DNA of 64,000 bases, taken from positions 434,001-498,000 of the forward strand of contig CM039005.1 in NCBI GenBank assembly GCA_017499595.2, read 5' to 3'. Both the position numbers and the translations under genes were made by a program. Source of the stretch: Psilocybe cubensis. Taxonomy: Eukaryota. Below, one piece after another: positions 11,009 through 23,895 of the stretch (position 1 is its first letter; every line of letters starts with the position of its first letter). Under the pieces are notes generated by a model. The model was not told the DNA's origin. It saw only the letters and a list, made by a program, of their open reading frames with translations, and made no database searches.

Positions 11009-14000
11009 TTAAGCAGCGGTCATCTTCGACCGCGACGTTAGTCCACCAGCAACGGCCATGGCTAATGCCAGAATGAACCATTTGCCCCACCATTTTCCAG
11101 TGCCCTTGGTTGACGGTGGCCCAGTCGGACGAGATGGGAGAGAGTTCATCAACCTGAACACGGCATTCTCCTTGGAAGTCTAAGGAAGCAGATTGTTAAT
11201 ATGCTACTATACGCGGAAAAGGTATACGTACGTTGTAAGGAGGAAAGCGGAACTTTAGGATGTAATCAATCCTACAGGTTACAAGTCAATCATTTTGCTG
11301 GCAGAATTCTAAAGCATAAACAGACCAGCTTGGGGAATCCATCGATGCACGGAAATGAGTGAACATATCGAAGGTATACTTTCCAGTGTGCATGCCGTCT
11401 GTTAATAATAAGTAAGTTATAATGGATCGCTATGACTGGTCTGGCGACACATACATCCACTCGGACCAACACCGCCGAATGGCAATCCGTCGGCACCAGG
11501 ATGGATAAGGGTTTCATTGGCAATGACGGCTCCACTTTGAGTTTTGTTGAAGACTGAAATAAATATAAATCGATTGGTCATAAGAAAGGACAACAAACAA
11601 ACGATACGGTACCTTTAGTTTTAAGTTCGTTGTCTTGGGAGAAAATGTATAATGCCAAAGGATAGTCGCTAAACGCTCAATCAGAGATAATGACAAATAT
11701 GTCAGGGATAAAACACGAACCGTTCATTCACGAACTTAATAGCATCTTCGATGCTGTCGACAGGAACTATAGGGAGAACTGGGCCAAATATTTCCCTGAT
11801 TAACGATAACGGTCAGAACTCAATTGTATGAAATTTGGAGAATGAGAACTGCTTACTCGCTCATCAATGAATCATCGGCTTTGACGTCCGTTACAACAGT
11901 GGGCGCGATATACTTGGAGTCTTTGTTGATTTCACCACCGAAGGCGATTTTGCCCTGAGTTTTCTCTAATAGTCCCGAGATACGCTCTGTAGCCTGAGGA
12001 GTAATGATCCGACTGTAGGATCCAGGAACAGCAGCACGTTTTGCGGGGTCAGGGTAGAATTCTTCGTATCTGGTTTATAACGACATAAGCGACGGAGAGG
12101 AAAGTTTAAAATTTATCCACACATACACTTCCTTGAGGGCGTCAACGAATGTTTCCTGGAATTCTCTTGGTACGAGAATGTAATCGGGAGCCACACACGT
12201 CTGTCCCGCGTTGACAACTTTTCCCCACATGATCCGTTTAGCGGCTGTCTTGAGGTCACATTTGGGGTCAATGATCACTGGAGATTTCCCTGTGAAATAC
12301 TTTGAGTATGAGATTCGTTATGAAAATAAAAATTTCGAACCTCCGAGCTCGAGCGTGACGGGAGTGAGGTGCTTAGCTGCGGCGGTTGCCACAATCTTGG
12401 CGACTCTTCCGTTACCTAAGATTGGGCTCATCAGGAACCAGCACCCCCTTAGGTAAGCAAAAGTTGGCTTACCTCCGAACCTTTTCAACCCTTCTGCACT
12501 CACACTATTCTACATTTTTGAACCACAGATATGTAGGTTATGCTTCTTTGAACACATCTGTGGTTTTTTTTTTCAAAAAAATTTTGATCTCAAGAAGTTA
12601 TAAAGATTTTAATTTTTTTCCTTTTTTTTTAGTCTAACACGTCAGAAATGGTGTTTTCTCGAGTTTGGGAGATTTTCGAAAATTTGACAATGTTCTTTTG
12701 GCCGCTTATATAATGGTACACGTGACCACACGTGACAATAAGTCACGCCTAAGTAATACCTCTCAGACTCATTATGGACTTCCAGAGACTACAATTTGAC
12801 CTCTGAGGTGTAATTCTATTATTGTGGGCATAAAGGCTAGTAGTAAGGATTGTATATGCACATTTATGAATTTTTTTTTTTTAAACTTTTTGTCTGAAAC
12901 CATTTTCCGTCAACATAACTTTTGATTTTTTTTTCGAGCTGGATTTTGGCCGCTCTTGGCGCCAAGCCCATTGATTACGTAAGGGTGCTGGTTTCTGATG
13001 AGCCCAATCTTATATCAAACATTCAGGAACACAAGGCATCTCGAGGAGAAAGTTATTATGTACCCGTGTACAGAACTGATAAAATAACTATCAGAATGAG
13101 TCAATGGAGATTGACGAGATAGACGTACTATGGTCCCATTGCAGCTCAAGGAGCTAAATATATCCCGAACAGTTGTTGTTACCATGCATGATCAAATTGG
13201 TGACATAGGCTTACTCTCGTGGTCTCTGGGATGGCTCCATTAACAAAGCTGACTAGATCCGTGTCCAAGTACTTGGCAACAAGTTCAGTCATTAATGCAC
13301 TGGTAGCGGGGGTTGATTCCGAGGGCTTGAGGCAGACAGAGTTTCCAGCCGCCAGGGCACCAGCCTAGTTGCGCCACAAACATGTCAAAAGGACGAAAGT
13401 TGAGCGGATGAGGCGGCGCTTACGACTGGTGCCAGAGTCAACCAAACAGGATAATTGAAGGGACTGATTATAAGAACAGTTCCTTTGGGTTCTTTCCTGA
13501 TCAAAGGTCGCATAGCGAAAAAATTAAAACTGAAGGGTGGTCTGGTTGGCTTCGTCCATTTGTCCACATTCTTCAATTGGGTGACAGCCTCGCTGATGGT
13601 AGGAATAATGTCCATCCTGAATGAAGAATGAATGAAAGCCCAATCTGTGCATCAAAATAGGGTTACGCACATTCGAGCCTCCAAGGCGGGTCTCCCCAAA
13701 TCTTTGGATAGCGCTTCCTCGAATCTAACCATGTTGTCCTTGACCAAGTAAATGAGTTGAGTAATCTGATATTTTCTGTATTCATTCGATTTCAGCTTTC
13801 CAGACGCGAATCCTGCTCGGAGGTTGTCGCGAATCTACAAGGGAAAATACATTAAAATTAGTATGAACTGGATGCATATTGTTGGTTGAAATGGGAATGA
13901 AGTCTAATGGCATATTAAAAAGTAGAGTTTGTGAAACAATACAGAGAGCGTGTCCTGCACTGCGAAATCGTCATACAGCGGTTCTTCTGCACGACTAATT

Positions 14001-14150
14001 TATTTAAAACTACATTGTGATTGAGTTTTTGATTCCATCTTTCAAAGAATCATACGAGGGAAAAATGGATAAAATCACGACGAACAACAATAATACACGT
14101 ACTTTCGCGATTTCCTCGATTGGGGTGTACACAAGTTCTGATGTTGACAT
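11009..14150 (-). CDS. HFD1: Fatty/NAD-dependent aldehyde dehydrogenase (ALDH3/Hfd1 family), multi-exon
   Basis: [21 protein letters not shown], catalytic [12 protein letters not shown]-terminal membrane anchor [14 protein letters not shown]. Confidence 0.9.
12419..13010. mobile_element. MITE (592 bp), TA target-site duplication, Tc1/mariner-like, inside an ALDH intron
   Basis: TIRs AGATTGGGCTCATCAG(G/A)AACCAGCACCC...TTA.GTAA at both ends; TA at 12417-12418 and 13011-13012; AT-rich non-coding interior. Confidence 0.85.
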
Positions 14151-14960
14151 CGTTGCCAGTCTGGGGTTCAGTAGAGGTACCGAGGACGCTGAGATATGTA
14201 AAGAAACAGGGAGCAAGAGCTAAGTGCTGCGTGTGCTTTAAGAGTGTTTAAATGGCTCTGGTAAAGGATTGTGATAGGCAGGTTCAAAAATAGGGTGGCA
14301 GTAGAACGTCACAGACCAGTTGACAACAGCATGCTGACATACAACCGGCCTCGGTGTTTAACATACCCGATTTCCGGATGTGCGGCAATCACATGAGAAC
14401 TCACATCAAAACCCAATCACTTGGCTGACCAAGAGCCGTATTAAAGCTTACAGACGGTCAAGAGTCAAGAAAATTCAAACAGACCATCGCAGTTAGAAAA
14501 GAGAAAGAAGCGATTCGATTTTTCGGATATCAGGGAGAAATCAATATCTTTTTCTTAATTTATCAAGTGGTAACAATCAAAGTCACGTTTCCGACACATT
14601 GGAGCCCCTTTCGACAGGTTTCGGGAACGGCCACGCTGCAAGAATACAATATACAACCCCCGTTCCATAGAAATCTCTGCCGTGAGATTGCGTACCTATA
14701 AAGAACCCTTTTGTTGTTTCTATATGTTAATCTCAATTGCAACCTAAAAAGAACGACAACGAAGTGAGGGAACCTCAAGTTGTATCTGGGTTATGCGGCG
14801 GAGTACGGCGGAGTTGTAAGATTTAGTGATGATCAAATTTAGGCGACCGACCATGGGCGCTGTCGCATCTTCGCATCTCAGAGTGCTCCATTTGATAGAA
14901 TCGATGATCAATTGAACCATTGAAATTCTTGTTCACTGCTTGCTCTTGTCTCCAACCAAG

Positions 14961-16299
14961 ATGGGAAAAACGCCTCTCCTACTTTTATCGGACGATCTTT
15001 TCGATGTGATAGTTGACTCCGCTGTCGGTGAGACGGTGGATTACTGGCCGTACCGATGGGAACTCCTCTCAAGCTGCGCTCTGGCTTCTAGAGTATTTTT
15101 ACCCCGCTGTCTGCAACACTTGTATTCGAAGATAAAACTCCCATTTGATCTGGATCCCGGAAAACGCGAGCAGAGGATACGCGACCTGCACGCCATCTTG
15201 CACGCCCGTCCAGTAATTGCAGATTACGTGCAAGAACTGCATCTATGTCTTCCACGGGGAGAAGCATCATGGACGTACGAGGATAGCTATTTTGTGGAAG
15301 TAATGGGGCTGTTACGCAATGTGAAAAAGCTGCGGTTGGAGGGAGGACCACATCAGGAAATACTTAGTATGCCTGATATCTTCATCCAGCGTTTCTTCCG
15401 CCCGTACATTGCGCCCACTGTCAAATCGCTTCACCTTGAATGCCTAGTCGACGCCCCTACTCAGTTGGTGACTGAGTGCACTCAATTGGAGGAACTCGTC
15501 ATGATATTCTGTAGCTTGGATGCTAAGTATCCTGGAGGAACAATCACTCGCCCATCGATCAGAAAACTGGACTACAACAGCGCAGGCATGGCACTATCAG
15601 AACTTCTTCCAAAGGGACAAAGCGGAAGCTCTTCTCTTGTCGATTTTTCGAATTTACGCAGCCTCAAAATTTACACTGACACGTTGCGAAATCTACTTTT
15701 CGAACAAGAGGTAATTGATGCATCACGAGGAGCTCTTGAGGAGCTGCGTTTCGTAGTTGATGAATGGCAAAGTGAGTCCCCCTCATCTCAATCCGAATAT
15801 TAACTGACTTTGCGTAGGAGATCCGCAGTTTCAAGCATCCGTTTCCCTTCGCGATTTGCCAAACCTGCATAGCCTCGAATTCCCTATTTTTTTCCGGATC
15901 AAGGTTGAAGATAGCCTTATTGATATCTGCAGCACTCTAAACACTATTCCCGACGAGTTCCAGAGTCTAAAAAATCTCTGCCTTCGGTTATATGTTGGAT
16001 TCACCTGCACCACTACCCCAGAACATTTGTTGGAATCCGACTGGGGCCCTTTAGCCTCCCAGATCCTCAGGATCTCAGCAGGAAGGTCGTTGGAACTGTC
16101 CCTTGACCTGACATTTCAGGATAGAAGCGACGAACCGGACACGCCAAGCGATCTCGGCAGTCCCAATCGAGAAGATTTGGATGGTAGATGCCAAAAGGTT
16201 CTGGAGGAGCTGGTTCAAGGGCCGCTAGCTCGACTTAAAGAGAACAATCAAATAATCGTCACTCTTTCCAGTGCAGTCGAGACTCCTCATTATTCGTGA
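14961..16299 (+). CDS. F-box-like/LRR-like hypothetical protein (2 exons)
   Basis: LSDDLFDVIVD...LSSCALASRVFLPRCLQHLYSKI...IADYVQELHL followed by LxxLxL repeats; intron ~15772-15818 joins ORFs 14940-15803 and 15856-16299. Confidence 0.7.
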
Positions 16300-17353
16300 A
16301 GAGTCACCTCTCTATCAATTTGAAATCTGAATGCGACACTTTCTTTTTCAATGAATAATTGTCATGTCAAACGAAGGAAAGCCAATGTGTTAAATTCAGT
16401 GGATCCAAAGGCCAAAAACTTTGTAAACTTTGTACGTATAGAGCCGCTAACATATAGGCGCCGGGGCTTTAGACGTTACTCTACCATTAGCCTCGTTCCT
16501 TGGACTCTGCAAGAATTCAGTTTTTAGTGTATGGTGCCGGTTGGAGTGCTTGAACGTCTGTGACTATTTCTCACTCCAAGAGACAATGCGGCGGTCGGTT
16601 GGCACTTATTATCATATATATACGTTCGTAGGCGATCTTCACGTCAGTTTTGAAAAAGTGATCACTGTTTTAGCTTTGTTAATGTGATTTCAAGGTCTTG
16701 GAATAATTGATGTCCAGCTCCCAAGCTCTACCCGGTGCTGCCTCACTTTGATTTCATGAAGAATTATCCACGTCCGCTGGCTTGATACTGATGCTCCGAA
16801 CCTCATCCGCGCTCTCATCATCCACGGTGACAAACTATCCACGATGACAGTCATTTTCAATCTTCGAATATCCGATGCTTTTACTATTCCCTAACGGTCG
16901 TCTTTTATCTTTCAGAAAGGTGACAATACAATCATGTTGTCCGCCTTTTCAACTCAGATATCCTAGACTTTCTCTCAACTAATCCTATGAACTAGGCTTT
17001 GCAGTGTTATTGATATCGATTCAATCATTTCGTTTCGAATGCCATCGACCATTGTAAACTTAAGCATTAATACCAAGGAGTTCCACCTTGTGTTCGTCGC
17101 TCTTCTATTGTCATTTCTTGCTCAAATTCACGCAAATGAATTGTGATTGTTGTTTTATTGCTTGTTACGAATGTAATGCATGATCTATGTATGTATGTGA
17201 TTGCGATGATTTAAATGATGAGTAGTGTAACTAATAATAATATAAGATACAAGCCGTTCAATGTGGGTTTTCATGGGTATAAGGTCGAATACAAATTACA
17301 ATGATGAGTCGTGATTGGGATAAGTTGAGAGTCGAATTGGTGTTTGCCGTGGC

Positions 17354-18013
17354 CTATAGGACGAGACGCGGGGTCGCGGGGAGGTGCAATGCCGTGTCGT
17401 GTCTCCAGCTGTCCAAACTTGACTGGAGGACCTGCTTGCGGCGCTCAGATGCCCGAGGGCCGAACCTGTTTCTTCGGGGTGCGAGGCGGGGCGAGTGGGG
17501 CATCCTCTGCGCGGGTGGTAGGGTGGGTGTTGGTGTGGGAGCAGCAGCAGCTGGAGCTGGAGCTGGAGCAGGGGAACGGGTGGGTGATACACGGCGATGC
17601 TGGTGCTCCGCAAACTCGAGGTTCTTTCTCATGCGCCTGTTCATGAGGAGCTCGGGGGCGGGTCCGGCGCGGATCTTCTCCTTCATCCCGTCCTCAGCGT
17701 TTGGTCGAAGTGACAGGAGGAACTGGAGAGAGTAGACGCGTGGGTGAGGGGTGGTTGTAGCAGGCAATGGGGCTGTAGGGGTAAGATAATGTAAGCCGTT
17801 GAGCGCCTGTGCAAGTGGGGGAATTGACGAACCTAATGTGGAAGTTGGAGACCCTGGTGACGGCGAGCGCTTATGCACTGGCACATACAATCCCTTTGAT
17901 GGGGAAGAGGAAATATATGACGACGCGGGTGAGGATGTTGTGTAAGACCCCGACTCGGATCCTGAAGAGGATGAAGAGGCTGAAGAGCGAGGGATAGAGA
18001 TGGGCGACGACAT
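17354..18013 (-). CDS. Intronless Ser/Pro-rich disordered protein with a YxxxxL-phi (eIF4E-binding-type) motif
   Basis: ORF from MSSPISIP; contains RVYSLQFLLSLR and LYVPVHKR within low-complexity sequence. Confidence 0.7.
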   Translation of the reverse strand: MSSPISIPRSSASSSSSGSESGSYTTSSPASSYISSSPSKGLYVPVHKRSPSPGSPTSTLGSSIPPLAQALNGLHYLTPTAPLPATTTPHPRVYSLQFLLSLRPNAEDGMKEKIRAGPAPELLMNRRMRKNLEFAEHQHRRVSPTRSPAPAPAPAAAAPTPTPTLPPAQRMPHSPRLAPRRNRFGPRASERRKQVLQSSLDSWRHDTALHLPATPRLVL

Positions 18014-20280
18014 TGTCTTCAAGCTCAAAGAGGTTGTTGGCTGTTGGGAGTGCAGACGCGTTTAATCCGGTAGAGGATGGGGGATCGACATGGGACGGAT
18101 ATGGAGATTATATAGCAAACATGACTCGACTTGAGACGGGTGTTGTGTCATTATTGTGGAAGCACGGGTATTGGCCGAAGCACAGCTCATTAGTACACGT
18201 AGGCCTTGACAGGAACGCTAAGCTGATCCACGACATCAGCCCGAACATCGAAGCGCTTGCTGGGATTGCGGAGACGGCTCTAGAAACGTGTGGAAACATA
18301 TTTGTCATCTTCCATCACTCTTGCAAAACCTCGGCTCGGCATGGCGTAAGCATATCCGATACCGTTTTTGCTCCTCCTCGCCTAGGTCACAATCTAATCT
18401 TTCTCCCCGAACCCTTCATTCCTTAGTATTGAACAAACTCATGAGACGGTGCGATATACTTATCGCTCATTCTTCAATTCAAATGTGTATCTTTCAACCA
18501 ACCATGGTCTGGTACCTATCGCAATGAATTTAGATATCTAGGCCCAGTGTAGTCTGTTAGCCCAGACCTTGCAAATCAATACTTCCAACCTTCGACATAG
18601 TGAGAACGTCCTTGTAATATTAATGCTCTTCTAATCCGAAAGCAAGCTATCAATCAGCTGCGTACCCATAGCCTCGAGCATGACAAAGGTGGCATGAGTC
18701 TATAAACGAATTGTCTAGAACGTCCGAGAGCACAGCATTCCCAGAGACACGCAGCCGATGCTTGGCCGTCGCAGCAATGGTCGCCAAAAGCCGAACTTGA
18801 ACCTCACGTGCGTTCTTACTTTGCGACGGCAGCAATGGGAAGGCATGTCGTCAGCCTTGTTTACTGAGCACCGTCGGCGCCTTATTCCGTCGAATGTAAC
18901 GAATTGTAATGACCGTTGGCGTCATTGCTCCTAATATTCAAGGCCATTACACAGTGGGTACTCTACAATGAAAGGACATGAACCAAATGTATGTCAAACT
19001 GCGGGGTTGTGGGCACTCGCTGCGGCGCAGAATAATGTCTCCTGTACGTTTAACTATGGCGTCATCTGTCTAAGGTCTGACGGTTGAACGATCTAATATG
19101 ATACGCCAGAAAGACTAAAGATTGATACTATAGGCCAGGGGTATACTCCAATATTTTGACTTTGAAGGCCACGGCGGTCATTTCACCGCCATTGCCTGTC
19201 ATCATTCTGGAGGTTTACTAGCATTGCAATGTGTCACTCAAGTAACGCTAGGCCATCGTCTGTCCAAAGATATAAACACAATGACGACAGTGGCCACCTA
19301 CCTTGTGAATGATGTACGGATCTCAACATCTCGTTTAGCATATTCGAGCAAACAGTGGCACCATCCGATTTTTTTTTTTTTTTTGGCCGGCCAGGACATT
19401 GAGTAACTTTAGGCCTGCCAAAGCGAAGTGCTGGGACTGATTTGGCCGGAAGGCGTGACGCGACGCGACGCGATCAAAGTCACATGACGTTGGACAAGGT
19501 TTGGGTCTTTTTGCTTTTCAGTCTTGCGCTTTTACCATTGCTTCAAGTTTGGAGTCCTCAACTATAGCTCTTTATACTGAGTTCATCTATTCTGGTCTGG
19601 ATATATTCTCCTCTGTATGACTCTACCTATTATCAATTTTCTGTTCGATCTTCGACGTTGGAAGACGGCCGGCCTTATTGAAATGTGAACTTGAAACGCC
19701 TTCAGTTTCACTGCGGCCGATTGCTCATGTTATCACGCTACGCTTGCTATCGATGATGACAGGTTTTTTCAAAGTTGCTGTGGGTTTAAATGACATATGA
19801 GTTGGGCTACCGACGAATGTTGGCGAGTGACTGCGTCCTCATTCGGAGGTGAGTCGTCTCCCTTGTTCAACTTCATTTTGAAAAGAAGCATATGCTAGGC
19901 TTACTTGAAGGTGCTCTTCGTTTCTGAGTGCGGCTGAACTTTCAACAAATATATCGACCGAGAACCTTCAATGCAGACTGTACCATGGGCAAAGCACTGC
20001 ATGCCAAACAAGCAGACTCTCATAAAGTAATCTTTTCCTGAGAATGCAGCTTCCAAATCCAATGGAATACGATGTCGGATGTGAATGTGCTGCTGCTGAG
20101 TTTGGTGGAAAAGGGCAAGCGCTATCTCGGAATCATCTGTGGTACTGTTTTTGCCATTGGATTCATATACTCATTTCGAATCAAGCAGGGATGCTCAAAA
20201 AATAACAGGATATTATCGATGCACTGTTCATAATTTTGCCCTTTCTATCGGAATCGATGCGATGTACAGACTTCAGACGA

Positions 20281-22000
20281 CCATGGACATGAACAACAAG
20301 GGATGAGGTGCAAGGGTGTTTGGACCAAGTTTGAACCGTGCCCGAACACACTCCGCGGTCCGGAGATAAACCTCACGTGAATCGATCCTATAAAACGAGG
20401 ACTCCTTTCTTTCGAGGCCGCCCACTTTTTTTCCTTCCCTCTCTCATCATCTCCTCCTCCATCCTCCTCTCCCTTCCTTCCCACGAACTCTTCTTCTGTC
20501 GGGTTATCCTTTCCCTCTTGTGGGATCGCAGTTTTCATGTCGACTTGACGTCGCAACTGGCTTGGTGCCACTCAGGATGGTCTATCGATGTACTGTGGCA
20601 TGACGCGCTCTCCCTGGTTGATGCTGGTCGGATTTCTCACTGGCTTGCTCTTGTGATTAGGTGTTATCTATTCTGCTGTGGTGAGCCGTGTTTCTCGATT
20701 CTCTAACCTTCGTGCCATCTGATCCATGCCACCAGTTTCTTGATCTGCCTGAGTACCCTGAAAGCCTTACTTGGCCCCTCTTCGCTCATATATGCGCCTT
20801 GACTCTGTCTGAAGTACTATCTTCCCTGATATTCTGCTGCTGGTACTACTCTGACTCTCGACTTGGACATCTTGGGCTACCGGCGCGATGAGTTTTGATG
20901 TGCTTACGACTTGATAGCTTGATTTTATCTCTGGGATTCCCACATTATCCCCATATTTCTCAAGGGTATCTGGACTATGTCGATATCATCCTCTATCTGC
21001 ACTGGATATATGCGCTTTTTCTTGGTTGGAGGATGGACATCTTCGCGTTTCCTTCACGTCTTGTCGATCACAATTCTATCGAGTGGCACTGGTCTATTTA
21101 TAGGTCGACGCGATCGAAAGTGTCACGTGCTATTTGCTGGCTGGCTGTTGGCTTTTCTGGGCTTGACGGTCAATCTGGCTTGCAGTTGTCGTTTTCAATT
21201 GCTGGGCGAGTCTGTGTTTGCGCTACACTCTCTTGCCTGTTTCTCAAATCTGTTACTATCCTTTTGATATATCTGATCGTACCTTGCTATGCTGCTGGAA
21301 CTTCTTTGTATGCTCGCTGGTTCCGACTGTCTGCCACCATGTTGACTGATTTGCTGTCTTATGAACTCTGATGTTATGTCCGGACTTGTAGAATCTGCTT
21401 GTCTCTACTCTACGAGGCACATTTCCTCAGCTATGCTTTGTTCCTCTTGTAACCCTGGTTTTAAATTCTTGGCTTTAGTACAATCTGGCTTTGCCCGCTA
21501 TGTTCAAGCGCACAACTTTCTGGGCTTGCAGAACATTTCCCATGCTTTGATCTTGGGTGTTAATCAGTGGAACTCTTGAAAAGGACTCAATAATTGTGGC
21601 TCTACGTGTTGCTCTGGGGCTTGGGTTATTATTTTTTACGTCAACTTCTACCTCTTATTGGTTACTTTTATCGCTCATTCATGATGGTACTGGTTGCAAC
21701 ACACGTATTTTGGCTATTTCTTTGGGATGGCTCAACTATCTGTCTCTGACTGGAACTCTGCTTTGTTACTTTCTGGAAACTTCGCTGGTATATCCGAATG
21801 TCATTTTGTATCACCCTTTTGGACAACATCCAACGGCAGCCGGGGCGTCGGCCCCTGTGAGTTCTATTCCCGCTTTATTCTTTGGATCGACTATTAACAT
21901 TTCTTCACATTATTATGTTTACTCTGCAGTCGATTATCTTTGAACTTCTTTGGGCACCACCTTCCCTGGGCGCCAGAAGAACGCCAGAATAATTTCATGC
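20281..22000 (+). other. T-skewed ORF-less element, copy A (candidate spliced lncRNA or decayed gene)
   Basis: TATAAAA at 20389; intron-like 20681-20735 (GTGAGC..CTAAC..CAG); hairpin GGGGCgtcgGCCCC at 21842-21855 followed by T-GTGAGT; 23 T vs 5 A in 21121-21180; terminal motifs shared with the 34215-37400 element. Confidence 0.5.
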
Positions 22001-22636
22001 GCTTGCACTAAGGATCGTTTTTGCACTTCTAAATTGATGGGGGTGGAATAGCTGACGTTTTTTTATTGAATCTTTAGATCCAACTTTGATCTGCAAACCT
22101 CGCACATCTCAAAACTGTTCTGTATCTCCAACCAACCCGTGAGTTCAAAGACACATCTTGTATAACGAATGGTAAGTGGAAGCACTGCGTGGGGCAAGTC
22201 AACAAATGAGGACTCGTCATCTGAGCTATCAACATTTTAATCCCGTCTTATCTTTTGAGGTAGGTATTGCTGGCTGTGATCTTCTCGTGAGTTGTGAGGC
22301 GTTTCTCAACAACATCTTGGGGTATGCAATCTGTCAATTTAGCCTGATGAATCTGTCCACCGTCACGGCACGACACATTACAAAGTTCAACTTTTCTGGG
22401 GGTGCTACGACCTGAGGGTACTGTTCAATGTATTTGGAGCCAACTTTTTTGAAACGGCAAGGCAAATGCCCTGATCTGTCTGTCTTCGACGGCAAAAATA
22501 CCCTTCTTCAGCAAATTACCCGCTTTCGATGGAAGTTTGAAATGAGAAGTTACAGCGATAGCTCAAACGATCGTTCAACGAAAAGCAACGAAGTAAATGA
22601 GGTACAGTTTTATAAGTCGAATATTCATTTGATCCA

Positions 22637-23304
22637 TCACCAGTCATTGAAGTCCTTCCACACCTCATCGACTTTAACCTCCATCCCTTCCAGGTACATT
22701 CCTGAACTCATAGCCAGTCACAAATTTGCTAGCGTCATGAGAATTCCGTTCCTCGTATACTTTTCGATTACATCTTGAAAAGGATGACATATGTCAAAAA
22801 TGCCCGCCATCTGCAGCCCAAGAATCCATTCGCATCCCAGAAGCTCGATATTTTTGAGGCCTTTATTCATGTTGACGACAGTGCATATTTGCTCCTGGAG
22901 CGCTTCTTCGTCCAAGACAATAAAAGCTCCTTCCCAAAATCCAGGAACTTTTGGTTTAATAATGTTGGTGTCGTACCACGCAGCAACCTCCTCAAAGCTC
23001 ATTCCAAGGAATGGCGATTGGAACGGCTGAACCGGTTGAGTCAACAAATGAGGGATTTCAGATACGTTTTCCGAGGTCATTATCACTATCCATTTAGCAA
23101 TAATAAAATCGGATCTTTGAAAAACTTCGGGTGTACCGAGCTTATGGTCCTCAGTTATGCTAAGAAAGCAGTCTAATTCCTGAGTTAGATGCACTCGATA
23201 ATTAGCGCACGCACTTGACAGAAGTAAAATATCAAAACGATACGAACCGAAGCTGGAATTTCTGCGGTGCAAAACACAGCACAACGATTCGGTGGACGGA
23301 TCAT
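22637..23304 (-). pseudogene. Tandem-array paralog 1 with a premature in-frame TGA
   Basis: Exon 1 MIRPPNRCAVFCTAEIPAS; exon 2 ELDCFL...TLANL*; stop at 22718-22720 is followed by the intact family C-terminus LAMSSGMYLEGMEVKVDEVWKDFNDW*. Confidence 0.7.
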
Positions 23305-23895
23305 CGAGTACCAAGTGGAAATATTTCACGCTCGAGGCTGGCAAGTAGGATAAGGTGAACGTATGAAATGTAGTATAACTCCATCGACTCGCCAGCGAGA
23401 AGGTTTTGTTGTGATTTACGTAGTGTGCAGCATGGTCACCCTGAACGGCATTCAACAATCATAATTCACAACGCCAGAAGGTGCACACTGTCCACAATCA
23501 TATTTTCGGAGGACTTCGATGCCAGAGGTGCACACTGTCGATGCGATATTATGTATGTCTGCCAAATATTAAGCGGTTTAATCACCGGCAAAGTAGAAGC
23601 GACCCCCAAAATAACTTAAATTCATAGGAGAAATTGGAGGCTTCGGTGTAGATAACCATTACTCTTTCCGGGTGACGTGCCGACAACGAAGAAATAGTGC
23701 TGGGGGTCAGGCTATTGACACCTATCCTTACATCCAAAGTATGGGGGAGAGGATTCCCCGATGCGTATTTGTGAATGTGGCAAGGCTGCTCAGCCTTCAC
23801 GATATGACACGAATTGACGGATTGAGGGTCACTTCGCATTCAGATCTGAACAAAACCTTTGAAAATACGTAGTGTAAAATGTCATATCACTGCCG

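Noticed and set aside
20338..21943. Hydrophobic ORFs of 60-160 aa (also at 34671-36655) as membrane proteins
   Set aside because: They overlap in several frames, are expected from T-rich composition and cannot be joined into one spliced CDS by eye.
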